Shown piece by piece: positions 40,328 to 52,373 of a stretch of DNA of 53,582 nt (position 1 is its first letter; every line of letters starts with the position of its first letter). This DNA comes from Prevotella sp. (GTDB lineage Bacteria > Bacteroidota > Bacteroidia > Bacteroidales > Dysgonomonadaceae): the NCBI GenBank assembly GCA_031285625.1, contig JAITVV010000057.1:1-53582 (forward strand), in the 5' to 3' direction. Under the pieces are notes generated by a model, which saw only the letters and a list, made by a program, of their open reading frames with translations, had not been told where the DNA came from and made no database searches. A program made the translations under genes and the position numbers.

Positions 40328-41614
40328 ATGAATAAAACAATCATATCTTCTTTCTCAGATATCAGATACTTTCTTAAAGCATTTTTACCGGATAAAAAAG
40401 ACGAGAAATATCTTTTCTGGGGATTACTTCTTTTTTATTTATCTTATTCTGTTTTTGTAACGTTTACTACATCTATTGTAGATAATATATCGGTAGGTAC
40501 AGATCTTTATTTTTCATATGATAATCCGTTGATTTTAGAACATGGACGAACTCAAATAAGCGGGCATCCGTTACTTATCTTTTTTTATTATCCGTTTGTA
40601 CTGATCGGTAATGGGTTGGTTTTACTTACAACAGTTAAAGTGAAGACTCTGTTTTTTATTATGTTGTCTTCTGCAATGATCAGTTTGTCATGTGTTTATA
40701 TATTCAGATATATTCGGCAAATCATAGAGCTAAAGAGATTTACTGCTTTTATATTTACTCTGTTTTTTGCCTTTTTTTCAACCAATCTTATTCTTGCTTT
40801 TACGCCCGAAAGTTTTACTCTTTCTGCTCTGTTTCTCTCTTTTAATGTGTATTATAATTCCTCTTTTATAAAGCGGGGTATATCGCCACCTTTTATCTCC
40901 AATGTTATACTGGCTGATTTCTTTCTAGGAGGGGTAACATTGACTAATATGGCTAAAGGTGTAATTCCTGTTCTATTCTTTAAAGAGAAGAAAGCAAGTA
41001 TATTAAAAAAAATTATTATTCTGGGGGCTGTCTTTTTCATTATCTTACTAGCCCTACAGATTTTTTCGGCTCTGGTTCTGGATAAGAACTATATAGGATC
41101 AATATTTGCCCACAAAGATAATTTTACTGATGAATCCTTAACGGGAATGGCTTATTTGCAAATGATTTTTTCTCATTTCTTCGGAGCTCCTATATTCCTT
41201 TCGGAGATATTTAGTTATAATACAATAAGAAATGGAATACCATATCTGGTTGAAGGTGATTACCGGCTTTGGTGGCAATATCTCTTTATGTCGCTTATCT
41301 GTGTATTTGTAGTAACCTCATTGATACGGAATTATAAAGAGCCATTTGTTCAAATGATTTTTTTATTGTTTCTTGTTGATATTGTAATTCATTGTATTAT
41401 CCGTTTTGGGATCAATGAACCATTTATTTATGGGGCGCATTGGATATACTGTGTTCCACTGCTATTAGGATGGTTGTCTAAAAAGTTAAAAGATAAGCAG
41501 GCTAAAGTTTTTCTTATTATAATTTCCTGCATGTTTGTAGCTTTAGTAATAAATAACTTGGTTCGTCTTTTCGATTTTATTAATTTGGCACAGCAAATAT
41601 ATCCTGTACAATAA
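40328..41614 (+). CDS. Polytopic membrane protein (DUF6080-like), candidate GT-C glycosyltransferase
   Basis: About 10-11 TM helices; first loop 'DLYFSYD...GHPL'; motifs 'PESF', 'GVTLTN' and 'FGINE..IYGAHW'. Confidence 0.6.
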   Translation: MNKTIISSFSDIRYFLKAFLPDKKDEKYLFWGLLLFYLSYSVFVTFTTSIVDNISVGTDLYFSYDNPLILEHGRTQISGHPLLIFFYYPFVLIGNGLVLLTTVKVKTLFFIMLSSAMISLSCVYIFRYIRQIIELKRFTAFIFTLFFAFFSTNLILAFTPESFTLSALFLSFNVYYNSSFIKRGISPPFISNVILADFFLGGVTLTNMAKGVIPVLFFKEKKASILKKIIILGAVFFIILLALQIFSALVLDKNYIGSIFAHKDNFTDESLTGMAYLQMIFSHFFGAPIFLSEIFSYNTIRNGIPYLVEGDYRLWWQYLFMSLICVFVVTSLIRNYKEPFVQMIFLLFLVDIVIHCIIRFGINEPFIYGAHWIYCVPLLLGWLSKKLKDKQAKVFLIIISCMFVALVINNLVRLFDFINLAQQIYPVQ

Positions 41615-42499
41615 ATGATGAGTAAGGTTAAACATTATCTGCAATTAATGCGAATACATCAATGGGTGAAGAACTTTTTTATCTTCCTTCCATTGTTTTT
41701 TGCTTTCAAAATGGATCAGATCCCTCTTTTGATTGCAGATGTATGGGCTTTTATAGGTTTTTGTTTTGTTGCCAGTTCTATCTATATTATTAATGACTGG
41801 AATGATGTAGAAGCTGACCGGTTGCATCCCGAAAAACGAAACAGGCCTTTGGCATCAGGTGCAGTAAATAAAAAAGAAGCCTCCTTCTTGATTTTAGCTT
41901 TACTGACAACAGGTGTTGTTATCTATTCCTTATTTTTAAATCAGACTGCTCTGATCATTCTTTTGTCCTATTTTGTCCTTAATATCTTTTATTCGTTAAA
42001 ATTAAAACATGTACCGATTATAGATATCAGTATAGTTGCCATAGGTTTTGTAATACGAATATTTATCGGAGGGGTGGTAACAGATACTCCGCTTTCACGC
42101 TGGATCGTGGTTATGACATTCTTACTAGCTATATTTCTGGCTCTTGGTAAACGCCGCGACGACGTTGTTATATTTGAGAAGACAGGGGATAAGGTTCGTA
42201 AAAATGTAGATGGCTATAACCTAACCTTCCTCAATATGTCCTTGATTATAGTTTCAGCTATAATGATAGTTGCATATATTATGTATACAATATCTCCTGA
42301 GATAACAGACCGTAATGGAGATAATTTATATATAACGTCTTTCTTTGTCTTTGTTGGTTTATTCCGTTATCTACAGATAATTTTTGTTGAAGAGAGAGGC
42401 GGAAATCCTACAACTATATTTCTAAAGGATAATTTTATTCGCATTATATTAGTACTTTGGGCGGTTTCTTTCTTTATTATAACTGCATATTTCAAATAA
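41615..42499 (+). CDS. Polyprenyl-phosphate 5-phosphoribosyltransferase (UbiA family, Rv3806c-like)
   Basis: Motifs RIHQWVKN, YIINDWNDVEADRLHPEKRNRPLASG, YSLKLKH and LALGKRR. Confidence 0.88.
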   Translation: MMSKVKHYLQLMRIHQWVKNFFIFLPLFFAFKMDQIPLLIADVWAFIGFCFVASSIYIINDWNDVEADRLHPEKRNRPLASGAVNKKEASFLILALLTTGVVIYSLFLNQTALIILLSYFVLNIFYSLKLKHVPIIDISIVAIGFVIRIFIGGVVTDTPLSRWIVVMTFLLAIFLALGKRRDDVVIFEKTGDKVRKNVDGYNLTFLNMSLIIVSAIMIVAYIMYTISPEITDRNGDNLYITSFFVFVGLFRYLQIIFVEERGGNPTTIFLKDNFIRIILVLWAVSFFIITAYFK

Positions 42500-42506
42500 G
42501 ATAAGG

Positions 42507-43106
42507 ATGAGTAAGAATTCTTTCGTTATTGCAGCATTTGATTTTGACGGAACGATAACAAATAAAGATACTTTATTTGATTTTATCCATTTCTATTTTG
42601 GGATGCCCCGCTTGATATTGGGTGTAATTCTACTTTCTCCCGTTCTAATTCTCTTTAAATTAGGTTTTATAAAGAATAATAAAGCAAAGCAAATATTATT
42701 CTCCTATTTTTTTAAAGGAAAGAAAATTGATGACTTTGATAATGTCTGTCAGAAATATTCAGCTAGAGTAGCAGAGATCTTAATACCTAAAGCCATTGAT
42801 AAAATTAAGGAACATCAGCAAGAAGGGCATTTAGTTATAATTGATAGTGCATCTATTTGTAACTGGATAGCACCTTGGGCTAAACAGATGGGTGTTCTTG
42901 AAGTGATAGGTACACGAATCGAAATAGAAAATGGAATAATAACAGGAAAATTCTTTGGTGAGAATTGTTATGGTCAGGAAAAAGTAAGGCGCCTTTTAGA
43001 ACTCTATCCCAATAGAGATACATATGAATTATATGCGTATGGGGATAGCAGTGGCGATAAGGAATTGCTTGAAATAGCGGATTATCCGTATTACCGCAAA
43101 TTCTAG
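42507..43106 (+). CDS. HAD-IB (SerB-like) phosphatase
   Basis: Motifs FDFDGTIT, SAS, NCYGQEK and YGDSSGD. Confidence 0.9.
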   Translation: MSKNSFVIAAFDFDGTITNKDTLFDFIHFYFGMPRLILGVILLSPVLILFKLGFIKNNKAKQILFSYFFKGKKIDDFDNVCQKYSARVAEILIPKAIDKIKEHQQEGHLVIIDSASICNWIAPWAKQMGVLEVIGTRIEIENGIITGKFFGENCYGQEKVRRLLELYPNRDTYELYAYGDSSGDKELLEIADYPYYRKF

Positions 43107-43110
43107 GGTC

Positions 43111-45492
43111 TTATTTCTCATATTTTCTTCTTCTGTACAAAATAGCTACTCCCATTATCAGGCTCATAAACAGAATAGGGATTCCAATATTCATTATAGC
43201 ATACTTGTCCCTGTTTTCATAAGCAGCTTTTTTATTTAATATATAGAGTTGCTGTTTTTTTTTGCGTAAGGCCATTAATTCATCATTGTTGGTTAACCAA
43301 TTCACTGCATTCACAATGAAATCCCGATTCCCGAACTGTTGTTGCGACACCCTGTCGTATCCCATTGGCAATACTTGAGAAGCCTCTCCTTTTCCCTGTA
43401 TTTCATTAGTTATTATATCCGAAGAGGAAACCACAATCATCTTAGTGTCCTTACTTTTCTCTAAAGGTTGGTATGTCCCTATATTCACACTGTCCGGAAT
43501 TGGTCTGTTTCGAAAACCGGAATTGAATATACCTTCGAGGCTTACTGCTACCGGTATGAACTGCTGGTTAAAATAGTCCGGCTGTTTCTGTATTCGTTCT
43601 ATATCGAAGTCGATAGGTTCCGGTACATTTACTATATGAGTATTGGCAGAACTTGTTAGTAGTATGGCCTTTTTTGTGTCAGGAGAATTGTTTACAATAT
43701 CGATAGAGCTGGCAAAACCGGCCTTCACATCCCGTATATTTTTTGTTATAGGAAAATCCTGGGACGGTAGCAGTAACGGTTGGTAAAAACTGGGTATCAT
43801 CGCAGCTGATTGGCTGTTATCATCTTCCATTAAGTAAGTAGATACACACTGCATATCTTGTATAAGGTCAGAATTGATACGGATTCCATATGAAAATAAT
43901 ATATCGTCCAGGTTTACATCATTTTTCATACTGGCAGTAAATCCTTTACTGGCTAACTCTTCATGTGGATAGTAGGTGCCGTCAAGAAGCCATAAAACTC
44001 TCCCTCCTGACATAATATATTGATCTAAAATATATTTTTCAGCTTCGGTATATTTTAATAGTGGCCCGGCTATAATAATTGCACTAAAGTCATTTAGGAT
44101 ATCTATTTCATTTCCTATTTGCCCCCGGTTCACAAAATAATATTTAGATAAGGCTTCCTCAGCATCATATACATATGTTCTGGGTATTTCATTATGTCCT
44201 TCTATAAATGCAACGGACTTAAAACTCTCCTGATTAAGAAGCCGTATTGCATCGGTAAATTCAAACTCCAGTGTTTCTATCGAAGCATTTATATTTTCTT
44301 CGGCTGTATATCCGGCAATGTTTTTTAATAGAGAGACTACAAGAGTGTCTTTTCCATTCGAAATTTGGGCATAAGGGTATATAATCTTTCTGCTTGCTTT
44401 TCCTTCTCGGTCCATCTCATTTAATGCAATTCCAGGCATTCCCTTATCAATCATTGTATCAAATATATTGGATTTGTTTTCTTGATACGGATTGTTGTAT
44501 GTTATGTTTATGTTGTTATTCGCTAATCTTTTGTAGTCTATAAGTAGGTTGTTTGTAGCATCTTGTAAACGTTGGAATCCTGAGTTTAAATCTCCAGTTA
44601 AGTATATATTGATATTTTGCTCTTTTCCTATATTCTCTAATGTACTCTTTGTATAATTGCTTAATGTATAGCGTTTATCAGATGAAAAATCGAATCTTAT
44701 ATTCGGTATAAAATATAGGAGAATATTGAGAACTGATAAGACTGCTATTGCAATTACCAGTTTCTGTCTATTACTTCTTAATATAAGAAGAGATAATATG
44801 ATAAACAATATGCAGTAATTAAGAATGACTAACAAGTCCTTAATCTGTATTACCCCCCGTTGCATTAGTTCGTAATGATGTAACAAGCCAAAAGATGATA
44901 TTATAGCTTGTGTCTTACCGGAAAGCAGGAAACCGGTAATCAGTTCGAATCCCCAGAAAGTAAATAAACAAAGGAAAACGGATATTATAAGAGAAACTAT
45001 TTGGTTGGGTGATATTACCGAACCAAACAAGCCAATTGTGATAAAAACTACAGACAATAATATAAGTGATAAATATGAAACAATTATATTATTCAGGTCG
45101 ATACTACCTACCGGATTTGCTAATAGGGATAGTGAGATAACGTATATGACCGTAGGCGCTAATGTAATAAGAAAGAAAATAAATGTAGCTAAAAATTTAC
45201 TGGAGTATATTGTGAGCAAACTTACAGGCCTAGCCCTTAAGATATCGAAAGTTTTATTTCGCTTTTCTTCTGAAAACAAACGCATGGTCAGAGCCGGAAT
45301 AAGTATTGCTAACAGTATAGGCGCTAAATCGAAAAAGCGAACCATATCGGCATAGCCATTGTCTATAAAGTTATATTTTCCGGAAACAAGCCAAAGCATA
45401 ATTCCCATTATTAATAAGAAACTGAAAGAAAAAAAGGCTCCGAACGAAGAACAAAAAACAGACTTAATTTCTTTTAATACTAAAGCTTTCAT
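43111..45492 (-). CDS. Fused GldF (ABC permease)-GldG (auxiliary domain) protein
   Basis: N-terminal KEIKS..IPALTMRLFSEEK (GldF-like), then RFDFSSDKRYTLS, GHNE, DQYIMSGG and N..F..NAVNWL (GldG-like), all in one 793-aa frame. Confidence 0.85.
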   Translation of the reverse strand: MKALVLKEIKSVFCSSFGAFFSFSFLLIMGIMLWLVSGKYNFIDNGYADMVRFFDLAPILLAILIPALTMRLFSEEKRNKTFDILRARPVSLLTIYSSKFLATFIFFLITLAPTVIYVISLSLLANPVGSIDLNNIIVSYLSLILLSVVFITIGLFGSVISPNQIVSLIISVFLCLFTFWGFELITGFLLSGKTQAIISSFGLLHHYELMQRGVIQIKDLLVILNYCILFIILSLLILRSNRQKLVIAIAVLSVLNILLYFIPNIRFDFSSDKRYTLSNYTKSTLENIGKEQNINIYLTGDLNSGFQRLQDATNNLLIDYKRLANNNINITYNNPYQENKSNIFDTMIDKGMPGIALNEMDREGKASRKIIYPYAQISNGKDTLVVSLLKNIAGYTAEENINASIETLEFEFTDAIRLLNQESFKSVAFIEGHNEIPRTYVYDAEEALSKYYFVNRGQIGNEIDILNDFSAIIIAGPLLKYTEAEKYILDQYIMSGGRVLWLLDGTYYPHEELASKGFTASMKNDVNLDDILFSYGIRINSDLIQDMQCVSTYLMEDDNSQSAAMIPSFYQPLLLPSQDFPITKNIRDVKAGFASSIDIVNNSPDTKKAILLTSSANTHIVNVPEPIDFDIERIQKQPDYFNQQFIPVAVSLEGIFNSGFRNRPIPDSVNIGTYQPLEKSKDTKMIVVSSSDIITNEIQGKGEASQVLPMGYDRVSQQQFGNRDFIVNAVNWLTNNDELMALRKKKQQLYILNKKAAYENRDKYAIMNIGIPILFMSLIMGVAILYRRRKYEK

Positions 45493-45528
45493 ATATCTTT
45501 GCTAATCTGAAGATAACATTTTGTTACA

Positions 45529-46338
45529 ATGGCTAAACGGAGGATAAAGATAGTTATTTTATTTATTCTGTTAGTTGCGGTTTTGATAGGTGTAGGCCAA
45601 TTATATAAAAAATTGGAGTACAACAAAGAATCCTCTCTAATAGATATATATAATTATGTGTCTCCCGAAGCTGTCAGTATTGTTAATATTAATAGGGAAT
45701 ATAATCTTGATAAACTTTATACATTTGATCCATCTTTAAAAGAGCTGATAGGGATACTAAATGGAGATTTATCTTTTCCTACTGTAATAGCACAATATGC
45801 AAATAATGAAAAGATATTGATTACAAAGGTAAAGCAAGAACAAGAAGTTGAGATCAATTCTTTTATAAAAGCGCATATAGCCTTGCCGTACCCGGCAAAA
45901 GAAAAGGAGTATAAAAATGCAAAAATACTATTCTATAGTTTGCCCAACAGTAATTTTCTTGTTTGTACTTTCTATAAAGGGTTATTTGCAATGAGTAAGG
46001 ATTATAAACCAATACAAAATTTTATTGATTCCGATCCGGAAAATACTTTCTTTTCAAATGAAGGAAATATAGAATTAATAACAAAAATGCGAAATAGCGC
46101 TCCGGTTTGCTTATTTATAAAAATAAACAATAATACATTGGCACTTGATTATCAGGTGCAAAATGATTCAATAGAATTATCAGGTTACATATTAAATAAT
46201 ATAGCAAAAGATTCTACAAATAATGTTGTTATACCTTATATGATTCATCTGTCCGACAGCATCTGCATCGACAGTATAGATGTCTCAAATGAAAATAAAC
46301 CTGCAACTGTTAAAATTTTTCTAAACAAAAAGTTTTAA
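45529..46338 (+). CDS. Membrane-anchored hypothetical protein
   Basis: Single N-terminal TM anchor; 269-aa ORF; TATCTTTG at 45494-45501 upstream. Confidence 0.7.
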   Translation: MAKRRIKIVILFILLVAVLIGVGQLYKKLEYNKESSLIDIYNYVSPEAVSIVNINREYNLDKLYTFDPSLKELIGILNGDLSFPTVIAQYANNEKILITKVKQEQEVEINSFIKAHIALPYPAKEKEYKNAKILFYSLPNSNFLVCTFYKGLFAMSKDYKPIQNFIDSDPENTFFSNEGNIELITKMRNSAPVCLFIKINNNTLALDYQVQNDSIELSGYILNNIAKDSTNNVVIPYMIHLSDSICIDSIDVSNENKPATVKIFLNKKF

Positions 46339-46392
46339 TTTTGTGTTTAATATGTAAATAATAGCGATCATTAAACTAACAAAATAAAAATC

Positions 46393-46806
46393 ATGTCTGT
46401 ATTAAAAGAGCTGAAAAATTTTATGATGCGCGGCAACGTAGTTGATATGGCTGTCGGTGTTATAGTCGGTGGAGCATTTGGTAAGATTGTTTCATCATTG
46501 GTAAGTGATATTATAATGCCTCCTATAGGGTACGTTTTAGGTGGTGTAGACTTTTCTAATTTAAGAATTGTTGTAAAAGAAGCAGTTGGTGATGCAGCTG
46601 CTGTGACTATCAATTACGGGACATTTATACAAACAATACTTGACTTTGTAATTATTGCAACTGCAATATTCTTTGCTATAAAAGGTATAAATGCCTTGCA
46701 ACATAAGAAAGAAGAAGCTCCGGCAGCACCTCCTGCCCCCACAAAAGAGGAAACATTACTCACAGAAATTAGAGATTTATTGAAGGAACAAAATAATAAG
46801 CAATAA
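46393..46806 (+). CDS. mscL: Large-conductance mechanosensitive channel
   Basis: Motifs [21 protein letters not shown] and LLTEIRDLL. Confidence 0.97.
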   Translation: MSVLKELKNFMMRGNVVDMAVGVIVGGAFGKIVSSLVSDIIMPPIGYVLGGVDFSNLRIVVKEAVGDAAAVTINYGTFIQTILDFVIIATAIFFAIKGINALQHKKEEAPAAPPAPTKEETLLTEIRDLLKEQNNKQ

Positions 46807-46838
46807 CTTTGATAAATCAAACTTAACAAACTGATATT

Positions 46839-47687
46839 ATGGTAAAGTATCTATCTTTATTATTTGTGACATCTTTACTTTTGTTCACAAGTTGCGGAAG
46901 TGTACCTGTTACAGGTCGAAAACAGTTGAATCTGGTTTCTAACCAGGAAGTCCTTACTTTAAGTTTGCAGCAATATGATGAATTCATGAAGTCTGCACCA
47001 AAATCTACAGATAAAGTAAATACAGCTTTGGTTCAGAAAGTGGGTAGGAATATAGCTAATGCTGTAGAATCCTATCTGAAAAATAATGGCTATGCCGATG
47101 AAGTATCTTCATATTCCTGGGAGTTTAATCTGGTTAAAAGCACAGATGTCAATGCATTTTGTATGCCCGGAGGTAAAATCGTTGTGTATGAAGGTATATT
47201 GCCTTATACTCAGAATGAGACAGGCTTAGCAGTGGTATTGGGGCATGAGGTAGCTCATGCTGTAGCAAAACATGCGAATGAACGTATGAGCCAGCAAATG
47301 GTAACACAGTACGGCACAGCTGCCGTAGGCACGGCTTTAGGCGGTGCTTCAGCGGGTGTCCAGCAGGCTGCAGCAGCGGCAATAGGACTTGGTTCCCAGT
47401 ATGGTATCTTACTACCTTATTCACGTAAACAAGAATTAGAAGCGGATGAGTTAGGGCTGATATTTATGGCTATGGCCGGATACGATCCTAACCAGGCAGC
47501 TAGTTTTTGGATGCGTATGTCTCAGCAGGGAAGCAGTACTCCTGAGTTTATGAGTACCCACCCTTCTGATAATACACGTATTCAGCAAATACAAAAATAT
47601 TTGCCCGAAGCATTAAAGTATTACAAAGGAGGCACTGGTACGACAAATTCAGGTTCAGCGAAAACATCTAATCAATGGAAGTTCTAA
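46839..47687 (+). CDS. M48 metalloprotease lipoprotein (Oma1/LoiP-like)
   Basis: Lipobox FTS-C; motifs NAFCMPGG, HEVAH, ELEAD and STHP. Confidence 0.92.
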   Translation: MVKYLSLLFVTSLLLFTSCGSVPVTGRKQLNLVSNQEVLTLSLQQYDEFMKSAPKSTDKVNTALVQKVGRNIANAVESYLKNNGYADEVSSYSWEFNLVKSTDVNAFCMPGGKIVVYEGILPYTQNETGLAVVLGHEVAHAVAKHANERMSQQMVTQYGTAAVGTALGGASAGVQQAAAAAIGLGSQYGILLPYSRKQELEADELGLIFMAMAGYDPNQAASFWMRMSQQGSSTPEFMSTHPSDNTRIQQIQKYLPEALKYYKGGTGTTNSGSAKTSNQWKF

Positions 47688-47704
47688 GAAAATAAAAAAC
47701 AAGT

Positions 47705-47736
47705 AAAGGTCTGATATAAATTATCAGGCCTTTTTT
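47705..47736 (+). terminator. Intrinsic terminator
   Basis: AAAGGTCTGATA-TAAAT-TATCAGGCCTTTTTT. Confidence 0.75.
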
Positions 47737-47766
47737 ATACCAACTCATGGCAAAGGATTAAGAAAA

Positions 47767-47885
47767 TACTCTTTTTGTCATTCTGAACGGAGTGAAGAAT
47801 CTCTTCTCTTCTTTACTTGATAGAAGGGCCGAGATATTTCACTACTATTGGCTCCGTCGATTCTTCTAATTCAACATGACAAAAA
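47767..47885. repeat. Palindromic MITE/REP-like element, copy 2 (opposite orientation, ~24-bp insertion in one arm)
   Basis: TACTCTTTTTGTCATTCTGAACGGAGTGAAGAATCTC ... GAGATATTTCACTAC[insert]TTCAACATGACAAAAA. Confidence 0.7.
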
Positions 47886-48007
47886 TGAAAACATGCTTGA
47901 GATAAATATTAATATAATTTAAATAGAACATATCCTATATGATAAGTTGATAAAATTGTCTTATTATATAATGAGTTCTTTGATATAATAAGGTACTGGT
48001 GCGATGG

Positions 48008-48322
48008 AAAGTGACAATAAAAATATATGTTATAAGTGTTACTTTTGTTACTTTTTTAACGTAATATGTTTATATATAAATGTTTGATGGATTTTGTATG
48101 TGTTACTTTTTTGTTTTAAGATCTCTATCATGTTTGCGCAGGAAGCATTCTACCCATTTATTCATAGAAAATGAAAATGAGATACCCTTGTTCCTCCGGA
48201 GAACAATGAAAAGGAAAAAGTAACAATAAAAATGTATATAATAAGTGTTACTTTTGTTACCTTTTCAGTATAATATGCTTATATATTGATATTTATGAAA
48301 TCCTATATGTGTTACTTTTTTG
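48008..48322. repeat. Two 106-bp direct repeats (48008-48113, 48217-48322; 209-bp period), each with four nonamer boxes
   Basis: Ungapped alignment. Each unit is AAAGTRACA-N20-TGTTACTTT-TGTTACYTT-N46-TGTTACTTT. Confidence 0.85.
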
Positions 48323-48458
48323 ATATTTAATATTAATCTTGATTACTACTGTTTGATTCTCTATCATTCGTATATCAAATTATAGCTGTTTTGTGTATTT
48401 CTTTTAAAATCAATTTATTAATAATTACTATCTGCTTATTTTAGGAGTTCATTTCTGA

Positions 48459-50525
<2,067 letters not shown>

Positions 50526-50562
50526 AATACTTTTTTATAAACCTAAATAATTAGAATCAACC

Positions 50563-51705
50563 ATGGAGCTAAATTTAATTAGAGAAAAATTTAAATCACT
50601 TTACGGAACTGATGGTGTGATGTACACTTCACCCGGACGTATTAATCTTATTGGAGAACATACTGACTACAATGGAGGTTTTGTATTACCGGGAGCAATC
50701 GATAAAGCGATGTATTGTGTTATAAAACCAAATGGAACACCTGACCGCATCAAAGCTTATGCAATGGACTTGTCTGAGATGGATGAGTTCGGGTTAGATG
50801 ATATTCCAATCAAACAATGGGGTAAATATATTTTTGGCGTTTGTCACGAAATAATGAAACTTGGAAAAGAAGTTCAAGGCTTTGACTGTGTATTTGCAGG
50901 TGATGTGCCTCTTGGAGCAGGAATGTCATCTTCTGCTGCATTGGAAAGCTGTTTTGGTTTTGCTATCAATGATATGTATAACCTTGGACTTGACCGTTTC
51001 CAATTAGCTAAGATTGGTCAGGCTACAGAACATAACTATGTAGGTGTAAAATGTGGTATTATGGACCAGTTTGCTTCTTGCTTTGGTAAAGAAGGGTCTC
51101 TGATACGTCTTGACTGCCGTTCTTTAGAATATAAATACATTCCGTTCAATCCGGTAGGTTATCGTTTGGTATTGCTAAATACATGTGTAGCTCATGAACT
51201 TGCTTCTTCAGCTTATAACAAACGCCGCGAATCATGCGAAAATGCAGCCTCATATATTCGTAAATATCATCCTGAAGTAGAACTACTTCGTGATGCAACA
51301 ATCGATATGCTTAAAGAGGTAGCAAATGAAGTTAGTGCAGAAGATTATATGCGTGCTGAGTTTGTAATCGAAGAAATTCAACGTATGGGCGAAGCCTGCG
51401 ATGCTTTGGAAAGAGGCGATTACGAAACTGTAGGTAAGAAAATGTATGAAACTCATATCGGGCTAAGCCGTAAATATGAAGTTAGTTGTGAAGAGCTTGA
51501 TTTCCTGAATGATGTTGCTCGCCAATGCGGAGTTACCGGATCACGTGTGATGGGTGGTGGATTTGGCGGTTGTACAATCAATCTTGTGAAAGATGAACTT
51601 CATGATGATTTCATTAAACGTGCTACAGAAAGCTATGAGCAGAAATTTAGGATCAAACCTAAAGTATATGATGTAGTAATTAGCGATGGTGCTAGAAAAT
51701 TATAA
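50563..51705 (+). CDS. galK: Galactokinase
   Basis: Motifs PGRINLIGEHTDY, GAGMSSSAA, CGIMDQ and GGGFGGC. Confidence 0.96.
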   Translation: MELNLIREKFKSLYGTDGVMYTSPGRINLIGEHTDYNGGFVLPGAIDKAMYCVIKPNGTPDRIKAYAMDLSEMDEFGLDDIPIKQWGKYIFGVCHEIMKLGKEVQGFDCVFAGDVPLGAGMSSSAALESCFGFAINDMYNLGLDRFQLAKIGQATEHNYVGVKCGIMDQFASCFGKEGSLIRLDCRSLEYKYIPFNPVGYRLVLLNTCVAHELASSAYNKRRESCENAASYIRKYHPEVELLRDATIDMLKEVANEVSAEDYMRAEFVIEEIQRMGEACDALERGDYETVGKKMYETHIGLSRKYEVSCEELDFLNDVARQCGVTGSRVMGGGFGGCTINLVKDELHDDFIKRATESYEQKFRIKPKVYDVVISDGARKL

Positions 51706-51793
51706 AAATAGCTGAAAGCAGGATTTATTTTCGTATGCTATTAAACAAAATATATAGATATAGGGTTTATAAGTTATCTAACAATATCATGTT

Positions 51794-52306
51794 ATGTTTG
51801 ATTTTTTAGTAAAATGGAAAATAGATTCTGCTTTTAAAAGCAATAAAAGAGATCATGCTTTTCGTAATATTGAAAGTATGGAAAGTATTTTGATCTTATT
51901 CTCTTATAATGACTGGAAAGAGATAGAAATTATTGCAAGAGATCTTGAATCAAAGAAAAAAAAGGTTGTAATGTGGACTGTGCAACCTCCTCAAAAGAAC
52001 CTCGGTAATACAATTTTCCCTTCAAATGTAAGAATTATCCACCCTAATGAAATATCGTTACTTAATGTAATATCTTCTTCTGTATTAAATGAGTTCAAAC
52101 TATTGGATTATGATACCCTGATGGATCTGACAACCAGAGATAATAAAGTCTGTAAATATTTACTGGCAAATAATTCTTCAGATTGCAGTATAGGAATTTC
52201 ACAATCCGAATACAATGTATACGACTTTATAGTACTTAAAGAAGATAATAAAACTTTGCAGGAAACTTACAATCAGATAAAATTTTACCTGAATAATATA
52301 CGTTAA
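51794..52306 (+). CDS. Bacteroidetes hypothetical protein (DUF6913-like) upstream of dapA
   Basis: 170-aa ORF with 'YDTLMDL' and a C-terminal 'QIKFYL'; this family is commonly found before dapA. Confidence 0.65.
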   Translation: MFDFLVKWKIDSAFKSNKRDHAFRNIESMESILILFSYNDWKEIEIIARDLESKKKKVVMWTVQPPQKNLGNTIFPSNVRIIHPNEISLLNVISSSVLNEFKLLDYDTLMDLTTRDNKVCKYLLANNSSDCSIGISQSEYNVYDFIVLKEDNKTLQETYNQIKFYLNNIR

Positions 52307-52373
52307 GGTGTAAATTAATTCTTAATTTTGCACAAATTGAAAAGATTGACTTTTCAAAGAAAAGACTGATTTT

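Noticed and set aside
48131-48223. Reading frame CLRRKHSTHLFIENE..., faintly like a tyrosine recombinase box II
   Set aside because: No start codon before the motif, only 30 codons, and a poor match to HxLRH; likely chance.
48008-48322. CRISPR array or oriC interpretation of the repeats
   Set aside because: Only two 106-bp units with a 103-bp spacer, no cas genes and no TTATCCACA-like DnaA box cluster.
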